DNA of 64,000 nt from Tubiluchus corallicola (lineage: Eukaryota; Animalia; Priapulida), in NCBI GenBank assembly GCA_030141605.1, contig JAQGDQ010000060.1, positions 682,001-746,000 of the forward strand. The letters are read 5' to 3'. Both the position numbers and the translations under genes were made by a program. Under the pieces are notes generated by a model, which worked only from the letters and a program-made list of their open reading frames with translations, was not told where the DNA came from and did no database searches. Below, piece by piece: positions 1 through 12,825 of this stretch (position 1 is the first letter of the stretch; each line of letters begins with the position of its first letter).

Positions 1-362
1 TCAGATCCACCCCGATTCTGACTATGACTCCTAAAATTTTAGGAGCCCCAACTCCTGCCTTTAAATAATTGTTTGTAGTACTCCCAATATTTAGCTACAG
101 TGGCATTTCATCACTATTTCTTGTGCTCAAAAAACAATCTAGCTACATATACGAAAGCGCTTCAAAATGGGAAGCTATGTATAAATGCATTAAGAGTTAA
201 AAGTAACTGGAGTTTAAATTTGTCTATTCTTTACCGACTCATCTAACAATAAGTGTATTCCGGAGTCCCAACTCTGACTCCAAAACTCTTGGACTTGTAG
301 TTTTAACAACTCTGTCTCCTTTTAACAGTAAATTTACTGTCGACTTCGACTCCACAGCCCTA
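1..362. mobile_element. One end of a hAT-like MITE, truncated by the window edge
   Basis: Ends CGACTCCACAGCCCTA (reverse complement TAGGGCTGTGGAGTCG) with internal GACTCC-type subterminal repeats; the other end is not visible. Confidence 0.5.
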
Positions 363-428
363 CTTGTTACTACAAATCCACATACAAAACTATAAACTCA
401 GTTTCCTAATAAGCTACAGTTTTCATAC

Positions 429-3400
429 TTGGTGGATGAATTCTGGATGGCATCAGGGATAGCAGACCTGCCAGAATTAAACCAGTTATATCGTTTTTTC
501 ACGCTGGCCGCCAAGCTATTCGTCAAACTTTTCCTCTCATTCTGACAAATATCACATATGAAGGGTCCTAAAAGAAAATTCAAACCAAAATTAGACTAGT
601 ACTCAATTTTCGCAATGGACGTGTGTCAACACAATGAAAATAGTTTTTTTCTCTCTATAACATCAAGTTACAAGTTAACATCAATTGGTCTTGTCACCTC
701 AAACATCAGTGCATTAGGATCATTTTCGTTTCAGACTGACAGTAATTTAGGCATAACATTCACTTCTTTAAATTCTTATCAATTTCTTGTCATTAAACAT
801 TCTAGCAAAAAAGCAAGGTTTTTAATCATTTCAAAAGAAAAAGTTCTACATTTGGGCAATCAATGAGTGATTTATATACACTTCAAACAATGTCAGTTGG
901 GTGTTAGCTTCATGTGACAAGCTAGCCAAGTGGTGGTGACAATGCTGTCAAAAGTAACCATGTTGTTAGCCCTTAGTTTCAAGCAACAGACCTTACTACA
1001 GCAGAGCCACCTTAATGGCATTTGGCACTCAATGATTTTGACATGAGTGATTAACTATCGAAACAATTCCTTGCTCGTAGCAAAAAGCATTTAAAGCAAT
1101 AGAGTTGCAATGCTACATTTCCCACAACGCCGCCTGTGCAATTTTCTTAACAATGTAAATTTACACTGACATCTTAATTCTTGAAGTGTACAGCATTGTA
1201 GTTTGACACTGGACTTCAGACCAATGCCAATGTACAGCATTGTAATTTGACACTGGACTTTAGACCAATGCCAATGTACAGCATTGTAGTTTGACACTGG
1301 ACTTCAGACCAATGCCAATGTACAGCATTGTAGTATGACACTGGACTTCAGACCAATGCCAATGTACAGCATTGTAGTTTGACACTGGACTTCAGACCAA
1401 TGCCAATGTACAGCATTGTAGTTTGACACTGGACTTTAGACCAATGCCAATGTACAGCATTGTAATTTGACACTGGACTTCAGACCAATGCCAATGTACA
1501 GCATTGTAGTTTGACACTGGACTTCAGACCAATGCCAATGTACAGCATTGTAATTTGACATTGGACTTCAGACCAATGCCAATGTATAGCATTGTAGTTT
1601 GACACTGGACTTCAGACCAATGCCAATGTACAGCATTGTAGTTTGACACTGAACTTTAGACCAATGCCAATGTACAGCAATGTAATTTGACACTGAACTT
1701 CAGACCAATGCCAATGTACAGCATTGTGATTTGACACTGGACTTCAGACCAATGCCAATGTACAGCTTTCTACCTTTCGGGGAGTTAGTAAGCAGTGGTT
1801 TTATACAGTCGAGGTGGTATCCTCTATCACAGGCATCACAAAACAGAAGACTTGCATCCTGAAAAAATTACATTCAATTTATTTGTTAAATTGCTACGTT
1901 TATTAAAATGATGCAAAATTTAATCAACATACGTAAACCAAACTTTATTCATAATATAACTTATACATCCTGTAACGTACCTGCCACGCTAAATGATTCA
2001 AAATTTTATAAAATTGTTAGCAAAAATAACACAACTTTGAAAGAAGTCTTTAAACTTGTTCTCTTTTATCACACAAGATTACAAAAGGGCACGATATTGA
2101 CAAAATTACCTACAATAAATCTACTGAAATATTGAATAATTTTTTTAAAAAAGGGATTTTATTTTTAGTAGAAAACACAATCAAAAGGAATGACAGAGCA
2201 TACGGTAGTTTCATAAATTATTTTGTCGTATTCATGATTGTACGCACTAATAGTTGTTCATGTCTATCTAAGCTTTTTGTTCTAAACATCTAATTTGTTT
2301 TACTGTCACTTTCATTGTCTAATTTTAACCGAACTACTTATGTAATTGTACATGTCTGTATTGGAAAATAATGACGCTAATAAGAAACGTTGAATCTCAG
2401 AACACACCATCGTACTAAGCACAACGTAATATTCTGTTTAGTTTTATCACTCGATCAAAACACGATGAGTTGAGTAAAATTAAAATTGAAATTTTCCTGC
2501 CTGAGATTGTTATAATTTATGTCTGATCTAGACACAGAGACAACGAGTGTCCCGAATTACACAAAGAAACGGATTTACGACATACTAGAATGGCATCAAG
2601 TACCACACTGTGCTCCTCCTAAAAGGTTATTAGTTAATTAGACTCTCCTTCAAAATAAATCACAGAACTATGCCAGTGAGTAAATAATTGCAAGGCAAAA
2701 TCCCAAATCACAAAAGGTGTGATCAATCACCGCGCAGTTACAAATGATCAGCAGGCTAACACCTGCATAACAAGTTGGAAGTTTCCAAATAAAAAATTAT
2801 TAATGCGTCTACTAAATATGTAGTTGAATATTAATGTTTTATATCTGCTGTTTTTCTGAACATCAGGTGTGAATTTCAAGAAGGTAAATTAATAATAACT
2901 CCTGATTTTACATATTAAAACTTATCATTGGCCATTGCATTTCATTTGCACATGAAGCTTGCAATAATTCAACCTGTTACTGGAGCATTACATTTCTGAA
3001 TCACAGTGCAACACACTGTCCAAAGCTGTTACACACAGTGTCATGTTACCAACAGACTTTGATAATTAAAGGTCAACCGGCTTTGATAATTAAAGGTGAA
3101 CTTAGTCAAAGGAAGTGCCAGGTGGGCAGTGCTGAGAAAACTGCTAAAATTTATGGCTATTGATTACTGTGAAACAGCAACAGGCTGCATGGTACCTACT
3201 AGTGTCAAGGAGTGTGTAAGTTGATTTTCCTGTACCTGTCAAGGTTAAGACAAAAGTGTGAAGGTTGTCAGGCGACAAAGGAAAACAGAAAGTCAAAATG
3301 CAAATGATCTCCAAGCACCATGTACCTCCGTGTTTTACACCAGTAACAATCACGTGACTATCAAAAACAGACAATGGGAAAGAAAACACATGGCAGATTA

Positions 3401-6400
3401 TGACCGATATTAATTAGATTACGGCCATGGTCTAACTTTTCGGACAATGTTATTTACGAAACTCACAGCTGTTCCAGGTCGGCTACACTTGATGCAGGTT
3501 TTACACTCTATGCACTGCCATCGAGACTTCCGCACCTTTGCCGTCAAATCCGGCGAGAAGTTGAGGCACGATGGATGACCTGAAAATCAAAAAGATTCAT
3601 GAGCTATCTGACGACTAAAAAGAGCACAGATGACAATTTCTGTGAAATTTTCGAAGGTTTGCAATGTAATTTTTCATTTTGTTACGCGTTAAATGTATTA
3701 GTGGTTACGGTTGCTAGGTCCATTAAACCATTTCAAGGCTAATGAGAAAATACATTAGTGACTGCTTTAAAAACTACTTTTAGTTAGTTTCATTAGCAAC
3801 ACCCTCTGATCATTGCCTTGTCGATGGATGCTGTACACACTACTGGTCCTGCCACAAGTACCTGCATTAAATTGGCCTTGCTGAGTGTTGCATGCCAGTT
3901 TACAAAATCCCAAACTGTACAAGAAAGTTTTGCACTGGATCATTAAGTGTAGACATACGTATGTGTCTTGTACAGGCTTAATTCATCGAGCTTAAATTGA
4001 TTATGAATGTCTGAACAAGATTACAGATTTAAAGTTAAGTTAAGTTAAGTTTATTTATTTCCACTCTGCATCTCAATTATAATAAAAATACAGGTAATTT
4101 TCCACTGAAGAAAATATAAATGCAATATAATCCAAAAATTAGAAAAGAGATTCTTATGCAGCATATATATATTTACATTTTATATGTAAATATATACATG
4201 TGCAAATTACATTACAGAATAATTTTGATGCATACAGTTTGAGCATGTGCTAGCATGTACTTCAAGTGAACAGAAATCCTTCACATTCGGGGCAGTATTC
4301 CTACATCATTGCTCAGGCAAATTTGTCAACAGTCTTAGTAACATATACTAAGAAACACTCATTCTATAACAATTCTAAGAAACGCTCATTACAGTGAATG
4401 CCCGGGCCTGGGGGGTAAACAACATGTCGGAGCGGTACAGCTCGCCCAGAAGAAAGGCGCGCATTATATTTGAACAACACACACAACGCGTGTCAACGGA
4501 TAAACATTGCAACAGACGCGCATGCAAAACAAACGTATCTCATCGCCGCAGCAGCTGCATTAAACGAAAGAACAGTCTTCACTCACAAAAACAAGCTAGC
4601 CGCTTGCAACACCAGGGCGATGTCAATGCTCAATTTGCGCAGATTTGCAGTTTGCACACTTTGCTACGCACACGTCATCAACGCAATCAGTCGCTGATCT
4701 GGCTGAGAGGGTCTGCTGCTTGCTTGAGCACAACACACTAACTGTGTCCATTTTATCGATCCCCGAGTACCCACACAATTTCACAGATTTTCAACGCAGG
4801 AAAAACGTTTACAAACTGACTTATTGATCACCGCTCTGAGAAAGAGAGAGAGAGAGGTTTTCATTCCAAGAAGCCAGGCGACGAGTCAATGTCTTAACAC
4901 CGTAACTGTATTAGGGATTCAGAAATGTCTTTGATAAGCGCCACTTAGTGCAATGCTGCTGTACATGGCTTCAGTTGGCACTGATAAAGCGCTCGCTCTA
5001 ATCTATATAGTATCGGGATGAAGTGATTAGACTATAAAAATGTTCTCTTTCTCAGCAGTGGCGCTTAAATTGCCACTTAAAGTGTGAGGGGTTTTATTTA
5101 TACGCCTAGAGGCTTCAAGTCTACGAGCAGTCGGCTCATGCTCTTTCAAGTGCCATTCATTGAGCGCAAGTTATTTAAAACCTCGTTAGGTGAATGAAAC
5201 TGCGATGGGCTAGCGACCTCTTCTAGAATTTAGAATTGAATATAATTAACATTATCAGCACCACTTCCCAGATTAATCAGCTTAATCTAAACAAGCTTAA
5301 TAGCGCTTAACAGTTTAACATAGCAATTTTTACAACGTTGTAAAATAGTAAACAACTAAGCATACTAGAAGTTTGATCAGCTGAGAAGTGATTGCATAAG
5401 TTACATAAGATTGTCTCGTACCGAAAACTAAATTCAACACAATCAATCAGTTACTTAAACACTTTAAATTAGAAACCAATTCAGTCAATCACAATTAAGC
5501 TACTCAGATTTAATATTCATAGTCATGACATGATATAATATAACATTCATCAATTCACACAGCTGAATCGACAAGGTCATGTGACTAATCGTTACCAAGA
5601 CTACTCAGACAAAATCATATTTTAAAACGCAAGAACACAAAAATTGCTCAAGATACATCACTAGTGACAACATATTAACAGCAATGGCGGAAAATAGCGT
5701 GACTCAATCTACCAATTCTTGGCTAACGCATCCATGTAGAGAAGGGGGTAGCTTATAAACTATTGAACGATAATGGTAGTTTATTACCATTCCCAACTCT
5801 TATCTGTCTATAGGGATTGCTAGGAACAGATTAACTTCCCAAATACGACTAGCAGGAAGGGTGAACAGGGGCGTATTACAAGACGTAAATAGCAATTAAC
5901 CGTGTCATAACAAGCAGCAATGAGTGACAACAAATGATTCAAATGACTAATACTGTATATGACGCTATACGTGTCCGCTTGGCCATGAGAACGATAGCAA
6001 AACGACAAATAAATTTCAACTGAATAGAATTCATGGCTCGAGTAATTTTCTAGTATCAGGAGTTTTTGTCAAATTAGGCCACGTAACTGCGGCTTGCCTA
6101 ATCCACAGCAAAAACACTAAAGCGAGTTTTCTAATATGAAATGCCTTGCTGAATACAGTAGTAATTAGTAGATACAGTAGCTGCGTAGGCGCGCGCGCCA
6201 CCTATACCAGTATAGCAGTTAGTATCGCCTTGTTATTAAATTAGTAGGTGCCTTATACCGCCTCCGCCACAGCTTCAGGGTCACTTAATTACTCTGAAGG
6301 GAGCATTCATTGCAGGATGTTTTTCATCGACTCGGCCACGCAACAAGAGAACATTACAAAGTGCCTGCAGCTATTGAGAGAGCGAGCGCTCTGCTTTTTT

Positions 6401-9400
6401 TGCGTACAAACTCCTCGCTGCTGTTCAAGAACCTACGCATCGTTGCCTGCTACTGTACACTACTCTGTATACGCAGTAAATTTGACCACCTGTATTTAAA
6501 TGAGCTCAGTTCAGCAGGCAATGTCAGCCTTTATGCACTCAGTAAAACCAGGAACTAGCTGAACAAAATGGCACTCGGCAGCCGCGGACGTGCGTATTCA
6601 AATAGATAAATAATAACGCGGGTAAACACGTCTATAACCAACCCGACTCATTAGCAAGTTCTACTTGCACTAGTCTCGGGGAGAATCTATTTATCGTAGT
6701 GAAAGATTTTATTACTGACAGATCAAGTTTACACATTTCTAGGTCGATGCCATGCTAGTGTAAGATTGCCTGCTGGCGAGGCTTGATTGAATATGAAAAG
6801 CGTTGAGAGGAAAACCAGTTTACACAGGTTAAAATACTTATAAATGAGATAATTACAGGTGTTCCACACAGAACTAGCCACAAAGTGAAAAACTAGCTGC
6901 CTGCCACTGTTTACTTCTGGTGAAACTATAAATATTTCTGCACGAATGTTAATCATGGCGATGTGGAGGGCAGAGGAGCAGCTGCATTTGCGGGTGGGTG
7001 GGGGTGGGTTGTATAATTAAAAGTATTGTTCAGTTATTCCATTACCTGGAATTCAGCTACTAGCAATAGCAATTAGGTACATAAACGTACTTAACATTTT
7101 TGATACAAATAAACTTCATTGTACGGTTGATTTTTCACTTTGTAGCTAGTGCTGTGAGAACATTTCAATATGACAGAAGTTTAAAAACCTACAGCTTACA
7201 TTTATATATATATACATGATTAAACGACTAAATATTCTAAATTAGAGATCGCCAATTTAGGAAGTGCAAAAATGCCAATGTATTTACAAAAAGCATGAAA
7301 CTACGAATTGCAAATAATGATCCGTTATGTTACAAAAAAGTTATTTTGCTCTCAAACTTGGACATACAGTATTATCCAGCAAGTAGGGTACAAAACAAAA
7401 CATTTTGAATTTCTGATCAATTGTTGAATCTTAAAAATCATGCTTCAATTGGGATAAAATGACATGAGAAAAAGCTCTTCCATTTTAAATCTTTACTAAA
7501 TGTTGCCACAAATATACTAAAAAGCTGCAAAAAATTATCATATATTACAATAATGATTAACGAAGCCAGCCAGCATTATATATTTTCATGGTCATTTAAT
7601 TTAACATATATGCATAACTGCAGTTTGGGTATACAAAAAGTTTTCAGGGCACCTGCCTCACCTAATTTTTTTATCCAAAATTTTAGCCACATCCCATCTT
7701 CTTTAGCCACTTCTATGTTATGCTGGTCACAGTACAGTAAAAGCAGGCTAAGGTACGGAAGTATTCATTCAGCAAAAGTTTAGTCATTTCATATTTTCTT
7801 CAGCCACTCGGAATAAACTTTCGTTTATGGCTAAAGGTTATATAAGGCTAGTGGGCGTTGAAAGTGATTTATATATCAGAATAAATCGACTAAAGCTGTA
7901 CTCATTTCAATGTGCTCATAAATTATTGTTCAACTATTCGTTGCATAGGTTTCAAAGCAAATGACTTGCAAGCCGTAGTGTGCACATCTTACACACTTTT
8001 CTTCAAAGTTTACGAACCCCGTTGATAGAAACTATTGAAGAACTCTGTTTTAACAATACCAACAAGCTAAAATCAATACAAGATCACCCCCAACCCTGAA
8101 AAAATAATACGTTCAGTGAAAAATCACACTTATCCTAGAATATCAGTCAAGGCAATTGACTGAATTCACAAAAGCCAAGAAATGACACAGTTTAGGAGTC
8201 TATAAGTTACCTTTAGTGACATAATTAGGATGAAAGCAATGAACAAATATGGGTTAATATAGGCCTGCCATTTAATTTTTGAGCAGCCTGGACTGCTTGC
8301 CTTTATTGTTAGCAAAAACTGTTCAATGCATTTAAGGATGCGACACTTTTTGCAAAAACAACCAACCTGAATCAAAACCTCATTACTGGGTCAAAGGCGC
8401 GTTAAACTTTTGCGGCACTTTGCACTTCAATAATATTTACTATTAAAATAGTTACAACATTTACTGCCAAACGTCATAAATTCTAAAAAATTACATTGCG
8501 AAGCAAGATTTACTATATTATAACTTAACAATCATATAGTAACACTCCAAGGTTGCTGATTTTAACAACAATTTACCTAATAAGGATCAATCCCTTATGG
8601 GTACCCTAGCATACATATTCAGACATGCAGTTGTAATTTAAAATCCTACATATGATAAATATGAATCCTTAGCTGTATGTTAAACTGATGACCAAAAAGT
8701 CATGCAAGCACAGACCCGTTTTCTGAAGGCACTAGACAGATGCATAAAATACATTAATAGTCTATCTAAAAAAGAATTAAATCAAACCACCGTTCTTTAT
8801 ATAAATAAAAAGTCAATGCTTGTAGGGCAACGTAATGATTTTCGTTTCCAGTAGATGCAAAATGCCAAAAAAATCAAGACAGATCAATCGCAAAAATTTA
8901 CTGCTAGACGGCAGTGATCTTGTGAACGACAAACTTACTCATTATATTTACACGTGGATTACAGCATATTGAAAAAAAAAACTGAACTGCTTACCGCTGT
9001 TCCCACAATCAGCACAAGATAGGAGTTCTTCCGGTTCATTGTCCTTGTTGCAACGTGTTGCCACCATGCAAAAACTACATATCGGCATTGGAGAAGCCAC
9101 CTAGTAACAAAAAATGCATGAGCAATGTAGGGCCTGGTATTCTTAACTCAAATTTTTTACTTGAATTATTTAAACAAAAAAGGATTTCAAATTAAGTACT
9201 CTGAAGCCAAAGAAGACATCTAACTGATATATGTCATTTACAGTATGTCATATCTACTGAGTATGTGCTCTAATCTTGATGATATCAAAATGATTAAAAA
9301 CCGACAACTTCTCAAGTCTGAACTAGCAAGAGCTCGAGGAGGTATTTTTCCCTTTGGGAAATCTTTTTGCAGAGCAGCTTTTGCATCTGATGGGCAAAAA

Positions 9401-10546
9401 TAGGACATCATGCACAGAGATGGCTGCATCTATGTTTGTGAGGTGTGAGTTTAAATTTTTTCGTTTGTATTTTTTGTTGGTAAAAAATATTTCATTATCA
9501 CAAATTTAATAAAACATATGACTACTGATAATGAACGTATCAACTATATGAAAGATTACATTGATTACTAGACTAGATTACAAGTAGTATTACTTTTCGT
9601 CTTTATGAAAATTGAATATCTGATCACGGTTACAACTGTACTCATAATTGACCCCAGGCCTGAATAATGGTGTTGCCTAACGTTTTCAATTTAAGCAAAA
9701 ATACAAATAATAAAATCTGAGAGATATAATTACTCAAGATTTCCAATTTTGTATTTACATAATCAAATCTCGTTATAACCCCCCCTTATAATCCCAGCCT
9801 CGCTTAACGCCCAAATTATTTGCAAAACAAAATGTCTATATTTGCATCATTATAACACCAAACTCTCTATAACGCAAACTTTTTTGCATAGATATTGTGA
9901 AGCGATTTAATGTTTTCAACACATATCTAATTATCTGTAGAAGAAGCAGAGTAATACACACCTTCTCAGCAAGCTGGTCGACAGGCTGTATGTACCTGTT
10001 ACCGTTCCGATGGCCGTGTTCACCGTCCGGCGGAGATACGCCGGACAGCGCCATGCGAAACATGCGACCATCCTGCATTAAAAGTCCCTGAGCAACAGCT
10101 CGTTTTGCCGCTATTTTTAGTCCCTGTGTCATTTCAATGCCCTGCGTATTTTCTAGTGTGTAACTCTGAGATATGTATTTTTCTAAACTTTTTAACGACG
10201 ACCCTCCCGGCTCGCCTAACTCCTTCACGCTGCGTACCAGGACCTTAATGAGATCTTGGCTCCTTGCCACTTTCACATTTCGGCTTTTCGTCTTGACAAA
10301 AGTTGACGGGTCCTTGTACGTCCACATGCCCTTGTTGAGGACTTTAAGAACAGCACCTTGCTTGACAGCAAGTTCAAGATGGACAGCAATTGTGTCCGGA
10401 TCGATTTTGTGATGCTGACGCACGGCATTGCTGATTCTCTCTACAGAGGGTCTCTGCTTTTGTGATTTAACTTTACGGATAGCTTCGATGATCCACTGGA
10501 CATAATTTGGATCCGCTTTATCCGGTTCATGCACGTTGTGCACCAT
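429..10546 (-). CDS. KAT6: Histone acetyltransferase KAT6A/KAT6B (MOZ/MORF, enok) orthologue, 5' part. Coding exons 10546-9962, 9100-8995, 3579-3467, 1858-1774, 567-429; continues beyond the left edge
   Basis: First coding exon encodes tandem winged-helix domains ([22 protein letters not shown]...[13 protein letters not shown]...YKDP, then H15-like [11 protein letters not shown]). Hand-translated downstream exons form the double PHD finger: [11 protein letters not shown]...[13 protein letters not shown] | [28 protein letters not shown] | [21 protein letters not shown] | GPFICDIC...AASVKKRY. All introns are GT-AG with compatible phases (0,1,0,1,2). The MYST domain is not in the window. Confidence 0.95.
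1187..1766. repeat. 44-bp minisatellite, about 13 copies, in a KAT6 intron
   Basis: Unit TGTACAGCATTGTAGTTTGACACTGGACTTCAGACCAATGCCAA; ends 7 nt from the KAT6 exon edge at 1774. Confidence 0.97.
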
Positions 10547-12129
10547 GATGAAAAGTCATGTACAGAGCACACACACAACAAGCAGCTATCTGAAACCAGA
10601 GATATAATATACATACTCTTATAGCAAAATAATACAACTTAAGGTTACAACCAAAAAATGAACGTAGGCCAATATGTGCAGCGTGCTAGTCCTTGCAATC
10701 TAAGCCTAGCAAGCTTCAACCCAAAAACATGCAGCAGCCCAGATGGGAACTGCAAAAATTATGAGCGCTGCTACATAATTATCATCAACTATCATAACTT
10801 TTTAAATATTATGTAGCCTCCTGAAGGCCACTGACATGCATAACATGGACAGATCCTGACACCGACACCATACCATAGCACACCGCCAAGACATACGTCG
10901 GCGTAGCATCGGACACCTTCGTTGCAGATGAAAATCAACTAACCGGACAGTGTAATGAAAACGTTCAAACATTTATTCGCAGTCAATAGAACCAGAATTG
11001 CAGATTACAGAAAGTTTTTTCGACAAATAGTAGTGGCATATAACAACAACATGCAGCATGTAAAATACAGGCACATTATAGTGACACTATTGCACTCAGC
11101 TAGCAAAAATAATAACTTAGCAAAGCCCAACTAAAATTGATACTTTCAGACATTTGTTTTCCACATATATCGTTTTTAAATTATCTTTCAATATTGTTTA
11201 ACTGGGCAAATTTTTTACTTTATTTTCAGTTGGAGCTCAAAATTTAATCTTTTCACAGACGATGAAAAGACGATGGCGCAAGCACAATTAATTGTTTCAT
11301 CTACTTTTCACATACAACAGTGGACACTTCTTAACTGCAAGTGACAAACTGGGTCTATAAGGAATGAACGATGCTTAAATTCTATACATAATTTCTAATG
11401 TGGTTTTTCGAATCTGAATGTCGCACAACTCAAAGTGCATTAAATTGTTTAGTATGAAGTTGGTTCGTTTATAATGAAATTGGTTTTCATCACTATGCTA
11501 TAATTCACAAAATTTGCATGTTCTTAATTTTCCAGCACAGTTAAACTTTGTTTATGGCGAGTGAAGGTAAAATCAAAATGTTAACTTGCAAAAGCATTAT
11601 ATCTGGTTGATCATATTTATAGCTTATTTTTGGAAGGCTGGCTATCTCATCGAATAGTGGCTGCTGTAACACTGACTAATGTCTGCTAACTATAAAATAC
11701 GCTATATTGCCTAGGTAATTGTGGTACGAGTTATAATATATATATGCAGTCTCAGCAGTTGGCACATGTATAATAATAAAAGACCGAGTGAGGACACTGT
11801 AGCTAAAGAATATTTATACATTATAATAATAATGCATTAACACATCTGACCAAAACAATAAAATAGAGAAATATTTACACATTGAACACAGGTCACCTAG
11901 ATCAACTAGTGGAGTTTAGTAATTACTAGGCGAACACAATGTCGGTCAGTAATTAACCTTGGACCTAGCCATGTCATGCAGTGACTGACTCAGAATTAAA
12001 AACAAATTCGTTAAAGATGCTGCTTAATAAGTTTTATAATACTTAATAAATTTTCAGTGCATATGCGACGATTAAAGTTAGGTTAACGTCTGTTCGAGTG
12101 GCCTTCACTTCATTTACAATTGAGAAACT

Positions 12130-12825
12130 AGCGCGCGCAAACATCACGTAATACCTTCTTTCTAGCAAATTCAAATTTCTCAAATCACAAGTCGCTTATA
12201 TTTTGCATGAAAAATCACGTAATTTAAACATATTAGAATTCTCTGTACTATTTATTAAACACCACCATAACATACTCTATCCGAATGTTTGCATATAAAG
12301 TAATAGCTCCATTAGCACAGCGAATAAATTAGCTTCAAATTAATTTGATTTCCGACGGCACAACAAAAAGGCGAAAATTAGACAACAATATGGCGGCCGA
12401 GTTTCACAACAGTGAATCGCCTATTTGTAACGAGAATGCGCACTGCGCAGAAACGCAGCTTGATAGTTTTTTAATTTTTTCTGCAAAACTTGGTATTATT
12501 TTGTTTAAGTGGCAATTTCATTTTTTGAAAGGTATTACTTTCTATTAAAGTGTAATATTGTTAAAGGTAAGAAAATTCAACACGAAACAAACTTTTATGG
12601 AATAGTTGAGTATTTTTTGCGTTACGCCAGCAAATTCTCTTTACTACCGATTCGTTCTGTAACATGAGCGTTTATTGGAGAGCGTTGACATATCGATGTT
12701 CCTTATTGGTTAACTGCTCAAGCTCTTTGGAGACTGCAATTTCAGTGCCAGCCAAGCAGACTGTTTTAGCAGCTGGTTTCTTAATCTAGAAAATAATTTT
12801 AATATAAAATGTAAGACTTGTGAGT
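12130..12825. promoter_or_regulatory. Probable bidirectional promoter and non-coding first exons of KAT6 (-) and LRMDA (+)
   Basis: Local CpG enrichment; YY1-like CAATATGGCGGC 12386-12397; TGCGCACTGCGCA 12437-12449; two ATTGG (CCAAT) boxes at 12674 and 12705; minus-strand donor AAG|GTATTA at 12154; plus-strand donors at 12811/12820. Both first coding exons are preceded by acceptors (10590-10591, 16837-16838). Confidence 0.5.

Noticed and set aside
4394-4827. Cluster of short plus-strand ORFs in the KAT6 intron as a nested gene
   Set aside because: No recognisable domain, splice structure or coding bias.
9836-9961. C-terminal part of the 236-aa ORF (VCITLLL...)
   Set aside because: Intron read-through past the AAG|GTGTGT donor; the same applies to ORF tails at RPS24, RBM22, LRMDA and MAD2L1 exons.
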